Below are positions 11,101-23,317 of a stretch of 52,280 nucleotides of DNA, one piece after another. This stretch comes from Octopus sinensis (taxonomy: Eukaryota), in assembly GCF_006345805.1 (NCBI RefSeq), contig NW_021833970.1:1-52280 (forward strand), read 5' to 3'. Under the pieces are notes generated by a model. That model had not been told where the DNA came from and did no database searches. It worked only from the letters and a program-made list of their open reading frames with translations. The position numbers and the translations under genes were made by a program. Numbering within the stretch: position 1 is the stretch's first letter; every line of letters starts with the position of its first letter.

Positions 11101-11853
11101 AAAGTCCGTCTTTCGAGTTGTGATTGGCTTTCTCTGACCCCACAGACAGAGCTGTTGTTGTTGTTGTTGTTGTTTATGTTCTAGTTCATACTAAATGCTT
11201 TGCACCTTAGGTAAGTGTCTTCTACCAAAGCCTTGTGAGTGGATTTCGTAGGCGGGAACCGAAAGAAACATGTCGTATGTGTGTGTGTGTGTGTGTGGAA
11301 GCGCAATGGACCATTTGTTCAGGCAGCTGACTCGCGGTTGTAGGATCGCGGTTTCGATTCCCAGACCGGGCTTTTTGAGTGTTTATTGAGCGAAAACACC
11401 TAAAGCTCCACGAGGCTCCAGCAGGGGGGTGGTGGCGGTCCCTGCTGTACTCTTTCGCTGCAACTTTCTCTTACTCTTTCGTCTGTTGGCCTGCTCGCTT
11501 AGCCAGCGGGGGTGGCGTCATTTGAAGGCTAAAACAATGCAAAGCACATTGTGACCAGCGATGTGTAGCAACATCTGATATCTTGGTCGGTCACGGTGAC
11601 CACGGTGAAATCTCTGAACGAAGTATAAACAGTAACTGCCCGATAACGTGAGGTATATTTGCCATCTCAATATGGCTAACCACTAAGAGTGGGTGTTACT
11701 GTAGCTTATAGCCCCAGGAGAACATCTACTCCAGCTGGCTTTAGGCACCCTTTCTGTGCCCTTAATGAATTTGCACACAACAATTCCACTATTACTACTC
11801 ACAGTAAGACACACACACACACACACACACACAAAAGAGAAAACATCACTTAC

Positions 11854-12014
11854 CGTCGTTCCATACGATTTTCATTTTTGTGTCAGAATAACGGATTGAA
11901 GGAGAATGATCTTTGTAACGAAACGAATAAGATGGCGGAAGCTCATCGATAACCAGCCAGCCGCTTACTTTTGTACTTGTGTTGCCTTTTGTTATATAGA
12001 AGCTATATTTTCAT
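11854..12014 (-). pseudogene. Paralogue B exon 4 with in-frame stop
   Basis: ttcacag|A TGA AAA TAT...GAC G|gtaagt, 161 bp. TGA at 12013-12011, then KYSFYITKGNTSTKVSGWLVIDELPPSYSFRYKDHSPSIRYSDTKMKIVWND. Confidence 0.8.
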
Positions 12015-12244
12015 CTGTGAAGTTAACAAAAGTTGGTTGGGTTTCAGAATATGAAAATCTAAGCATTTATGAAATATATATCAATATGTCCGCAATACAC
12101 AATTGAATCGGTCAGTGTTCAAAATAGCCTTCAGTGTAGCATACTTAAACTATATATCTGTAGCCTACGAAAAGTGTTTCTTAATATTATATTTCTCTAC
12201 ATAACGAAACGAAAGAAAATAAGAAAAAAGATATGTAAATATAC

Positions 12245-12408
12245 TTATTTAGCTCCACTGAGAAACGCAATTTTGTGGCTGAAGCTAGATCGTCCCATGG
12301 TGAACTTTTCAAATTTTCCTGAGAGAACCAGGTTTTAAGGGTTGTATTTCGTCCATCAAATATCATAGTTACCACATCTGTTTGGTTTTCGTAGAGCACC
12401 AGTTTCAC
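12245..12408 (-). pseudogene. Paralogue B exon 3
   Basis: cttctgcag|GTG...AAT AA|gtat, 164 bp. Encodes VKLVLYENQTDVVTMIFDGRNTTLKTWFSQENLKSSPWDDLASATKLRFSVELN; open, with splice sites intact. Confidence 0.85.
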
Positions 12409-12585
12409 CTGCAGAAGAAATGTTCATTTCATTAGTTGGTTCATAAACTTTGGGACATTAAAATGTTAACTTATTTATTTATTAAAATGAAAGTTTTAAT
12501 AACATACATACATATAGTATATCATTCTATGTATATAACATAATAATACACGCAATTATTAAAAAACTTGAATATAAATTATTAT

Positions 12586-12616
<31 letters not shown>

Positions 12617-13069
12617 CATACATACATATATATATATTTATTTATACATATCGACATCTCTCTCTTCCTCTCTCTCAATATATGTATATATATATATGTG
12701 TGTGTGTCATATATATGACATGAACTAAGATTCATCTGATATCCACGCACATTACGGATCTTACTGTAATGATCCCGGGAATATGGACTAAGTTCGTACG
12801 AAATATGCGATCATCGGAAACGCGCGTAGCGAGGGATTTAAATACTTATAAATCCCATCCATGGATTATTATTACTATAACTATGTTTATCCTGCTTTGA
12901 ATCGGAACACCTCGGTACAATTCCATAAAAACGCTGTTGCAGGTTCGAATCATTGGACGGCAGCCGATGCAAAGAAATAGCAGTTTTTATATGAGTACTC
13001 AAAAAACGAGCTTGTGTGTGTGTGCGTGTGTGCATGTGTGTGCGTGCTTGCGTCTATTTATGCGCGTTT

Positions 13070-13100
<31 letters not shown>

Positions 13101-13715
13101 CGCGTGTGTATTTGTATACTTAAAATTCGAACACTTAGAACAAGTGTTCAACACCGTTTTGGTGGATAAAATTCGTCTATTTAAGCTACCATTAGTTACA
13201 CGTTCAGATGAACTTCTTAATATCTGAACAATTTTGAAAGCTAATTGCCCGCAAGGAATGGAATTCCGCTCTATTGTGGAGGAAAACACGAAAAATCTCA
13301 GGAAAAATTTCCTGAATTCACATGACATAGATTCTATGACATATAGAAACAAGTAATCAAGGGAAGTTACTCTCTAATGACAACTTTTGATTGATTACCT
13401 CCCTTGGATTTAAATACTTTGTTGGATGGTGAATTTGCATCATATCATATTATGTTATATTCTTGGTGTATGTGAAGGGAATTCCTCGGGGTAGGGTGGC
13501 ATGTGTGGAGTTCATGTGTTGTATATATTGAATGTTCACTCTTCGAGAAAGAAATTATCCTGCTGGGATTGTTGGCATGGGAGTCTCCTCTTTGAAATAT
13601 CGGAGTATGAAATATTGCTTGTGTATGTAGCGAGAGAAGGTCTCATCCCTAATATTTAAGATATTATCTGTTGACTGTATGATATTTAGCTTTTCAGTGA
13701 TACAGAGCTAATCAT

Positions 13716-14020
13716 TGTAAAGTATACTAGCCATCTCAATATGGCTAACCACTAAGGGTGGGTGTTACTGTAGCTTTTAGCCCCAGGAGATCATTGTCTC
13801 CAGCTGGCTTTAGGCACACTTTCTGTGCCCTTAAGGTATTTGCAAATACCATAAATACCATAAGGGCACAGAAAGGGTGCCTAAAGCCAGCTGGAGACGA
13901 TGATCTCCTGGGGCTACAGGCTACAGTAACACTCACCCTTAGTGGTTAGCCATATTGAGATGGCTAGTATACTTTACATTGTCATGCAGTTACTGTTTAC
14001 ATCTGGTTCAGAGATTTATT
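13716..14020. mobile_element. Near-perfect 263-bp hairpin element plus a 42-bp tail, flanked by 12-bp direct repeats
   Basis: Palindrome 13716-13978; AGAGCTAATCAT at 13704-13715 and 14021-14032. Confidence 0.8.
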
Positions 14021-14650
14021 AGAGCTAATCATCATATCTATAAAAGAGTGGATGTGTGCGCGCGCGTGTGTGTGTGTGTGTGTGTGCACATGATTGTAAT
14101 TTACGCACATCCACAAATTAGCACGCATGTCGCTCAAATTTTAGGAGGACATTTGTCAACATCCTATCTGGGTTTTGTCAACTTATGTTTTTCCCGAGGC
14201 ACCCGCGGATAGGGTGAAAATCTATTTTCAACCATTTTCAACCAGTTGTCCCCAGGTGTAGTCGTCTGTTACTTCTTCATTTTCTGTTGACATTTTCCAT
14301 GTTGTTTTCCATCCGTGACGCTTCTGTCTCCCTTGGTATATATCCTTTGGATGGTTTGTCTGGTAAAATCAGAAAGAGGTTTTCAAGCGATGTGTCCTAG
14401 CTAACCTCATTTTCTGCTCTTGATCTGGGCTCTGACAGGTTCCTGGTTCGTCTGTTCCCACAAGGTTTTGTTTGTTACTCAATCTTGCCATCTCCCAAGA
14501 AGAATGACAAACTAATTCGGCTTTGAATCCAAGTACCACCGAGGTCCACATGCTTTACTTCCTGCCGAGCTCAATAAAACTTTTACCAGTCATGTATCGT
14601 AAGCTGATTTCATCGACTTTGTTTCCCATTTACTCATCAAACCCCAAAAG

Positions 14651-15480
14651 CCGAGAAAAAAACGGCAAAACAAAGGAAGAGATACAAAAAGGACAAGGAA
14701 AAGCATAAGGCAAAAAGGGACTCCGCAATCATTTCCCTGTAACCACAAAAGAAGTTGTTGGAAAACATAGGTGGGATTGGCTGAAAAAAGGGACAGTGAA
14801 AAAAGGGACTGACAGCATTATACTGGCAGCACATAATCATGGTTTGCCCACGAATTCGAGGGTCAACCTTAGGAATGAGCAAGTGGCTCCGCTGTGCCGC
14901 ATCTGTAATAGAGTGGACGAAATCCTTGTTCATATCACTTACGAATGGCCTAGACTTGTGAAGAATCACCACAAGTTGTGGCGACACAATTAGGTAGAGA
15001 AAGTACGACGTTGGAAAGTGCGCGGAAAGTTGGGGTTAGAGAGAGGCAAGACGTGGCATGAGAACAAATTGCAGAGAATGATGGAGCCGGAGTATAGCAA
15101 AATCCTCTGAGATTTCCACATCCAAACAAATCAGGTGCTAGAGCGTAACAGAGTGGATCAAGTGGTTGCCGACTAGATGCACCACATGTGCTACATGGCT
15201 GATGTTGCGTGCCCCTTTGATCCGCGAGTAATCAACAAGGAAGGCGAAAAGAATAGATACATACAACCCTCTGAAGTGCGAAATATTCTAGCTATGGAAA
15301 CTGAAGCAGGTGAAAAATAGTGCCAATCATTGAGGGGTTCTTAGGGACAGTATCAGAAGACTGGAATACTCGCGGAGTGAATGTACGAAAATCTGGAAAT
15401 AAATGGTGTCCTGCCACATGAGCAGAAGAGTTGCAATTTTTTTGCAGACTATTATGTGGCTTGAAAATGCTTTGCATACC
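14651..15480 (+). mobile_element. Degenerate restriction-like-endonuclease LINE, C-terminal fragment
   Basis: PLCRICNRVDEILVHIT zinc-knuckle-like motif and KIL*DFHIQT...RVDQVV...MADVACPFD endonuclease-like motif, with stops. Confidence 0.7.
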
Positions 15481-15654
15481 AATGCTTTTTAATTGAACTG
15501 AATTATTATTATTATTTTTTAATTATCACCGTTATAGGCATTTATACTCTGGTGTAATTAAGAAATCAAGCCCTAAATAAAAGAAATCCTCGAATGCATC
15601 ACTGTATACACACACACACACACACACATACAACACGCATACAGTCGCATATCT

Positions 15655-15793
15655 ATGTATGATAATAATGATAATAATAATGATAATAATAATAATAATA
15701 CTGATAATAATAATAATGATAATGATAACAACAACAACAACAACAATAATAATAATAATAATAATGAAAATAATAATAATAATAATAATGATG

Positions 15794-15824
<31 letters not shown>

Positions 15825-15967
15825 CAACAACAACAACAATAATAATAATAATAACATCAACAACAACAACAACAATAATAATAATAATAATAATAATAAC
15901 AACAACAACAACAACAACAATAATAATAATAATAACAACAACAACACAACAACAGAATAATATAATA

Positions 15968-16049
<82 letters not shown>

Positions 16050-16061
16050 TATAATAATAAT

Positions 16062-16097
<36 letters not shown>
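15655..16097. repeat. (AAT)n/(AAC)n microsatellite
   Basis: Seen directly. Confidence 0.95.
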
Positions 16098-16098
<1 letters not shown>

Positions 16099-16757
16099 GC
16101 TCTCATGGCTTCTGATCTTAACTGATTGGAAGTGTTATCATGTACATTGTTTTGTCTTGGTATAAAAGATGGGCTACAGCAAATATTCTGCTCAATACCA
16201 ATGCCCTGATGCAGTACCAGGCAGTGGCTCTCATGGCTTCTGATTTTCACTGATTAGAAGTGTTATCATGTACATTGTTTTGTCTTGGTATAAAAGATGG
16301 GCTACAGCAAATATTCTGCTCAATACCACAGATTTGCTTGTCAGTTGTTTGACCTTAACCAGTTGAGCATGTCCCTTAGTGGCTGACGATATGTGCATCT
16401 CTGATCACGAGCAGAAGTAGTGGGGGAGCATCATAGCCATGTGTTGAGAGGGATTCTTTGGGGTTTGAATAGTTCACCTCTGGAAACATGGGTGGTTCTT
16501 TCAACATCCTTAAACAACCCTTATTCAGGGTCCGTTTGAGCGGGATGGGCTACTCAACCTGAAGAAAATTCTAACTGGGCCCCACCTGCAAGGTCATGTG
16601 CTGTTTATCTTGATATGAGATCACCATGTCGCGCACATATGGTTGTGATGCATGTGCCTGGTGTACCTTTATCAGACGGGTAGTCATGATGGGTATATTG
16701 GGCTTCGTATATTTTACCCCAGTGTCACTTTGATGGCATGAACTGCTCTCTCACTCA
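16097..16757. mobile_element. Interspersed repeat in intron 1 of B (paralogous to 138-662)
   Basis: Reverse complement of 138-662, with an extra ~100-bp internal duplication. Confidence 0.75.
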
Positions 16758-16782
16758 ATAATAATAATAATAATTCACTTAC

Positions 16783-17113
16783 TTCTGTAGAAGGACATCT
16801 CGTTGCTGTCATTCGTGCTGACAACTGTCATTATATTTTTCGGTGAGTAATTCTTACAAACATGGCTGACATTGTTGTAAGTGAAGAATTCCGATTGGCT
16901 GCTTAGAGAAATCGCGGCACATTTCAGTAGACATCGAGTGGAGGAGAATTGTTCTGTCGGAGGTTCCTGAAGGTAACGGTAGGAATACCCAGGAGCCAAA
17001 GATCTGTAGCTGCCTGTATAAAACTCCTGGTTTGAGGCAACGGTCAGAATTGTAGTAAGGGTTAATAGCAGCACTGTGGTCACGGTTGGAATGGTAGAAG
17101 GAAACTGGAACAT
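16783..17113 (-). pseudogene. Paralogue B exon 1: signal peptide + PAN/apple-like domain (open exon of a probably defective copy)
   Basis: ATG at 17113; hydrophobic N-terminus (TVLLLTLTTILTVAS); ends SFYR A|gtaagt (331 bp, phase 1). Exon 2 is missing downstream. Confidence 0.85.
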
Positions 17114-18929
17114 CTTGGCTCTAGAATCAGAAGAGGACTGCGTTTATAAATAAGTGTGCGCGCATATGTGTGTGTGTGTGTGTGAGCATGTGTGTTTATG
17201 TTAGAAGATGAGGGAGAAAATTTAGAGAGAGGAGGAGAGGAAGATAAAAATTCAAAAGTGGGAGAGGTAAAGAGAAAGAGACTGTAGAGAAATTGATAGA
17301 GAGATAGAAATAGGGAGAAATAGGGAGAAATCGACGATGGTATAAGGAGAGAGAGAAAGAGGAAGGGATAAGGGGGAGATGTAAAAAGAATGACTAACAG
17401 ATTAAAGAGAGTGAGAGTCATCAGAGAGAGAGAGAGAGAAGTAGAGGAGAGCATAGAATAGAGAGGGGAAGAGAATAGGTACGAGATAGCTAGAAATAGA
17501 TAGTAATACAGAGAAGGGACGAGATAAAGGAAGAGATGAAGTGCAAGAGATATATTTGTCAGGAGAAATGAAAGTAGAAAAGCTAATAGAGAATATCTGA
17601 ATTAAAAAATAGGATGGTCACGGCTGGTATATCTTTGACTGAAGAACCGTTCGATCAGGCCCGATCTGGCGCAAAATGATGACGCTAACAACAACAAACA
17701 CACAAACGAAAATAACAACATGATAATACATTCATAACAAGCGTATTTTTTAATATATGTTCTGATGGCCACGGTCGAAACGGCTTTGATCATAGATCTG
17801 CTTAATCGCTACTGACCAAGTGTTAAACAGCAAGAAATATCGTCGCTCCCTTCTCCAAAGAAACACATCATAAAGTCTGACTCGAGCCTCCAGGCCGGAG
17901 CTTATTCAGGTTGCCAAGCGTTATAGTGGGCCCTTCTCCAGCTAACAGTTGTACTTATTTTCAATAGAGTGGAGAAAATTGAAGTATCTTGCCGAAGGGT
18001 TCAATGCACCACCCGATTCAGAAGTCACAATCTTTTGCGCGTGAGTGAGCTCGAGACGTTAACCGCCACACCACGTACCATAATCCTAAATCTAACAAAC
18101 TCATGCGCTCGCGCACATGCATACACACACGCACACAGGCTCACACATACACACACACGCACAAATGTAATCTTACCTTTGTTGTGGGTAGAGGCAGTGA
18201 TTTTGCTATTCACGGGCAACGAGAGATGTTGTCAGGTCTGTCCACTATGACCGTCCAGTCACAAAATATGAAGGATGTCCACAAATGCCGCTTTCAGAAT
18301 TACCACAGATGTCACCACTGTCTCTAGATGTCAAGTCAGGACCCTTACGAATGCCAATATTGTTTACTGCATTCAAATGTTACAGAGGCCGACTTATCCT
18401 TTTTTCCTTTCAGGCTCAATAAAACAAGTAGTAGCTGAGCAGTGGGGTTCATATGATCAACTAGCCCTTTCCTGCAAAATTTCAGATCCTGTGTTTATAG
18501 TAGAAAGAATATTATCTACTGCTTCCAGAATAACCACAGAGGTCGGCACTGTCTCCAGACATCAATCCAGAGTTCCTACAGATGAAAATATTACCACTGT
18601 CTCTACAAGTGAAACAGGAGCGCAGGTTTTCGAACTGTTCACTGATAGCAGGACTGCTCGCTTCTTTCACCAGTATCTGCAGCTACGACAACTCTATATT
18701 ATGGTCAATAACATACGCAGTGAGAACAACACTTCCCATTTATGATATTATGCTTTCACCCACACTGAACTAAACTAGTGTCTCACATGAATACGAACAG
18801 TCACACTATACTGAGCACATTAGCTTCTTTCAATGGGATGTGTTCGATATTGCTGTTGGCTGTGGCGGTATTGTTGGTGCGTTTGTTGTGATAGTAACGA
18901 CTGATGTAGTGAAGATATGAGTGTGTATA

Positions 18930-18965
<36 letters not shown>

Positions 18966-19249
18966 TAAACTTTTGGACTGGTGTACAGATGTCATATAAA
19001 AATAAGAGATGGTAGTCAGGACAGGATTTAAATAAAAATCTATTTTCTAAGCACTTTCACCCTTTCAGGGATTCATCATGAATGATTTCTTATCGGAAAT
19101 TCATAACTTTTATAAAGAAGTGAGTTGAAAATAACCTGGAGTGAATTTGCTTTCTTGGGTTTTGGAAAGAGGGTGATTTAAGGGGCGATATCTGAGATGC
19201 TCTTTGTCATTTTGATTCTATAAATATGTATACATCCCTGTGTGCATGC

Positions 19250-20400
19250 ATGTGTGTATGTATGCGTATGTATGTATATGCGTATAAGGAGGCGTGTATT
19301 GCGGGTTTCTGGAAGAAAGAGAGAAAGAAGTGTTCTTCTGGGATGGGTGAATTCGATGACAGGTCAAAGGAATCAAAAATTATTATGAATGAAATTAAAT
19401 TTCTTTTAGTTATGGTGTGACTGACAAAATGTTTGGTCGGTTGTTCTGTTGGCGAGCTGAAGGAAATATAATCTATGGAATTATTTGGAAAACAGAATCT
19501 ATGGAATTATTTGGAAAACAGAATCTATGGAATTATTTGGAAAACAGAATCTATGGAATTATTTGGAAAGGCATTTAAATGTATGTTTGTGTTTGTGTCT
19601 AACCGTATGCATGAAACAAAGTGTGTGAAGGGGGAGAGGTGTTTAAGTGAATTCTTCCAGTTATTTTAGTAACAGTAGTGCTGTGAAAGTAAATATTTTG
19701 TAAGAATATTAGATCTTATATTTTTCACACGTTCACTTTTGATAGAAGTTTTCCTGTAAAATATAGTTTCGTTGTCTTTCAGAGTTTTGAATCATCCCTT
19801 GGGCATTGGTAGAAAGGCAAGCAGGATCGTGAATCTGCTGTTTCCGCATATATCTAGACGTTTGCTCAGCGAAATCTTACGTAATTCGTTTTGTCGGATG
19901 TGCTGTCTGTGGATCGTTGCTCATTGGCAAAGGGAATTGTTGGTTTTGCCAAATAGAATTCTCTTTGCAATTTTGGAAGGTGATGCAGCATATTAGATTC
20001 TGTGTCTTAGAGTTCATATTCGCATTAATTGGAGGAAGGATCTACTTTAAAATTATATATGAGAACCAGTCTTGAAATATTTGAAGTTGTTGTTACTACA
20101 TATTCCACACCTATTGTCTCCAAAATCCTTCACACAGAATTCTGAATTATCGTCTGCTGCGAATTTTGCACTTGTGATCTGTTTTTAAGATTTATTTGGT
20201 CGACGTTTGCTATTCCTTATGAGATTTCCATCAACAGAATGTTTCATTTTGGGACATTGGAAAAGTATTGATAACTTTGTTCTTATAGCATAGAATATGT
20301 TGGTCATTCCTTGGTCAGGTGTGTTGATAATTTGAACAGTATTTTCGTCAAACTTTTTCTTAGGTATCATCAGTTGAATGATATTTAGACTCATTAAAAT
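19250..20400 (-). mobile_element. Decayed Penelope-like element (GIY-YIG region)
   Basis: Minus-strand translation gives RCGIC...INANMNSKTQNLICCIT..NCKENSI, resembling the PLE endonuclease motif; many stops. Contains a 26-bp tandem repeat at 19470-19569. Confidence 0.55.
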
Positions 20401-21059
20401 CCATTGTTTGTTAATTTTAAGGGTGTTTCTGTTTATTTAGGAAAGCTTTAAGTTCATTAAGTCAAATTTGACGTATCTTTGAATCTACCATAATTGCCCA
20501 AATACGTCTTACGATGCGACATGGAATGTTCCATTTGGTGTGTGAAGGATGGCAGGAGTACAAGTTTAAATAGTAGTGTGTGTCTGTTATTTATACATAT
20601 ATACTTGTATTGTGTGTATATATGTTCAAATGTATGTATATATGTATTTGTAGAAATATATATTTGTTTCTATACTGAATTTAGTTGTCTTTTCGTTGCC
20701 CTAGGAAACACAACTCTTGTAAGTAATGGAAAACATTAAATATTACCAGAAAATTATTTGGAAACTGACAAGATTAAAATGAACCCACGAGTATGGATTT
20801 TGTAGACATGTTGCTCAGTTTTAAGCCACTTTCAACACATCGATTAAAAGCTAGTATATATGTTGAACGATTTGTAATAGTGTACTGTATCTAATGGTAT
20901 GTCGGCACGCGAGCGAAGTATGAAAGCAATATGCATAACTGAAAATGTTGGAGCAAATATTCAGTTCAGAAAATCGACAGATGAGGTTGGTTGAATTAAA
21001 TCTTATATTGATTCTCGTTAACATGACTGGCTTTCAGATTAAGAAATTCATGTTTGGGC

Positions 21060-21300
21060 GGCAGAAAATAATTCAGTGTTCAACCCGATGGATATTTCTG
21101 TTTGGTCCATTTTAGATGCGAGGCCCTCGAGCACTTCTCATGCTTCGCTCGGCAACCTGAATGCAAAACTGCGCCGGGAATGGGCTCGATTCCGCAAAAC
21201 CTGCTGCGTCCCGCGTGAGAAGCATTGGCACCTAGACTCAGGGATGTGATTCGAAACAGAGGTGGCCATATCGAATAGATTTGATGTGTTTCATTTACTA
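21060..21300 (+). mobile_element. Tc1/mariner (DD37D/maT-like) transposase C-terminal remnant
   Basis: NPMDISVWSILDAR...LGNLNAKLRREWAR, then PRLRDVIRNRGGHIE* after a frameshift. Confidence 0.65.
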
Positions 21301-21390
21301 TCGCATTGCAACACACAGATCTGAAATATAATTGTATTTTGCTGTGGCAAAATTAAAAAATTGAAAGTCTTAGTTTGGGTCTCCCCATTA

Positions 21391-21428
<38 letters not shown>

Positions 21429-23139
21429 TCTTATTAGAAAGTATTGCTAATTGCCATGATACATATAAATACATGTTTTGTGAAACTTATTAAAGCAGTT
21501 TGTGTTACGGTTGAAATAGAGAGTGTACCGATTCAGAAATATGTTTACTTTTCATCATCCATGGTGATTGATTTGAATGATTTTCTTTAATGGAAGACTT
21601 CCATCCAGCGACCTTCAACGTTCAGCTTTTATATCTCCACCTACAGAAACACCAACGCCACATCACGCCATCACCAGGTACTAATACTGCAACGTCACTA
21701 TCAAAAACATCAGAGCTGCATTACTGCTAACATCGGAACGACTTCAACAACTACACAGGCGTATCTTCTGTATGTTTCGTGAAGCGCATTTCTCTACTCA
21801 AGAAATTCTTTCCTTCGTAGTAACAAAGAAGACGTATTGAAAAGTTTGGTGTATTTTCACTCTTCTGGAGAAATACAGGCATATTAGTAAACAATATTTA
21901 TCTGAGTGGTTGGTACAGTGTTTTTTGGTCAAACTGCGTGTTTTGGTAATTTTCGGACAAGTCTAAGTCTGAAGGTGAAATAGATAAGAGAACAAAGGAC
22001 AGACAGCAGTGTACAGTGCTGGCATTTATGAAAAGTCCTGATATCTGTAGACTCTACTGTGGTTAATAGAAGAAAGTACTTACAATAGAAGACAGGAAGG
22101 AGAGCAGAGAGCAGTTGTGCCCTTAATGAACAGTCCTGACAAGAAGTCCTCACGTAACCACCTAAAGTGTAGGGGCGGCCCTCCACCTCAGTGAAAGTAA
22201 GTGGGTTCTTTTCTATCATATTCTGTTATATTTGTACACGTATATATTATGATAAGAAGGTGTAGGAAAAAAAAGATTAGTGTGTGTGCACATGTGTGTA
22301 TGTGCATTGTGAAGTGAGCAAGAGTTTGTGATGTTGTTTAATCACTAGATGAACTGTGTGTGTGTGTGTGTGTGTGTGTGTTTGTATTTGTGTATCCGAG
22401 CATATGTTACATCGATTGGAGATGACTTGTTACTAAACAACTGTAACAGAAACAAACTGGATGATGTAGCCATAAATACATTACGACTTAACAAAAGAGG
22501 AGATGGTCACATTTGGAATATTTTGTTAAGTCATAATGTATTTCTGGCTACATCATCCAGTTTGTTAGAGTTGTTGAGTAACAGGTCATCCCCGATCGAG
22601 GTAACACATTCATGAAACTGATAAACTAAATGCATTTACAATAAAGATTTGCTGTTTTATTTTGATAAAAATACCAGCTGTTCCGGAGCAAAATCTGTGA
22701 ATGCCGTTCGGCTGTCTGTACTGTCTCTCACTGACACCCACTCCATCACCGTTTGTTGTTTCACTCTTTTTTCCCCTACCGTGACCGATGGGAAGCACAC
22801 TGCATCTTATTACTTGTAAGATACTTACGAAAGAGAGAATAATTTTCTAGTTACTCTGATAGTATGCTGCAGAATATTATTATGGTTTAGGAGGCAATCA
22901 TCTGCAGCGAATGGAAGAAATAATCTGATAAATATAATTTGAAATGTTACTTTTCAAAAACCTGCTCTCTAGCTTTACAAAAGGTGATGAATAATGGATC
23001 CATAATTAGTTCTAATGAGGAATAATGTTCCTTGATCACGTGACTGATTTGAAGCATACTGCACTCTCATTTGGTGATCTTTTACTACAAGGTGGACTAT
23101 AATAACTGGTGAGTGAATACGTGTTACTCAGTTGACCAA

Positions 23140-23285
23140 GGAAGGCCTACAGGACACAAGACATCCAGCCCTGTACGACAGCGTCTTCCTCTCTGGGAAA
23201 GTTGTCTTGCTGGGTTGGTCGTCGGATTCCGAGCTTCTGACTTGGCTTTTGGTGCCATGTGTGTCTGTGTGTGTGTGTGTGTGTC

Positions 23286-23317
<32 letters not shown>

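Noticed and set aside
10890-11850. Expected exon 5 of paralogue B on the minus strand
   Set aside because: No DSMAIFI-like sequence found by eye; the interval is SINEs, a palindrome arm and the A 3' flank.
17143-17148. TATAAA 30 bp upstream of the B ATG as a promoter
   Set aside because: Would leave almost no 5' UTR, is not positionally conserved with C/D, and lies next to an acceptor-like AG; not supportable.
19470-19569. Regular 26-bp repeats as a CRISPR array
   Set aside because: No spacers; eukaryotic context; simple minisatellite.
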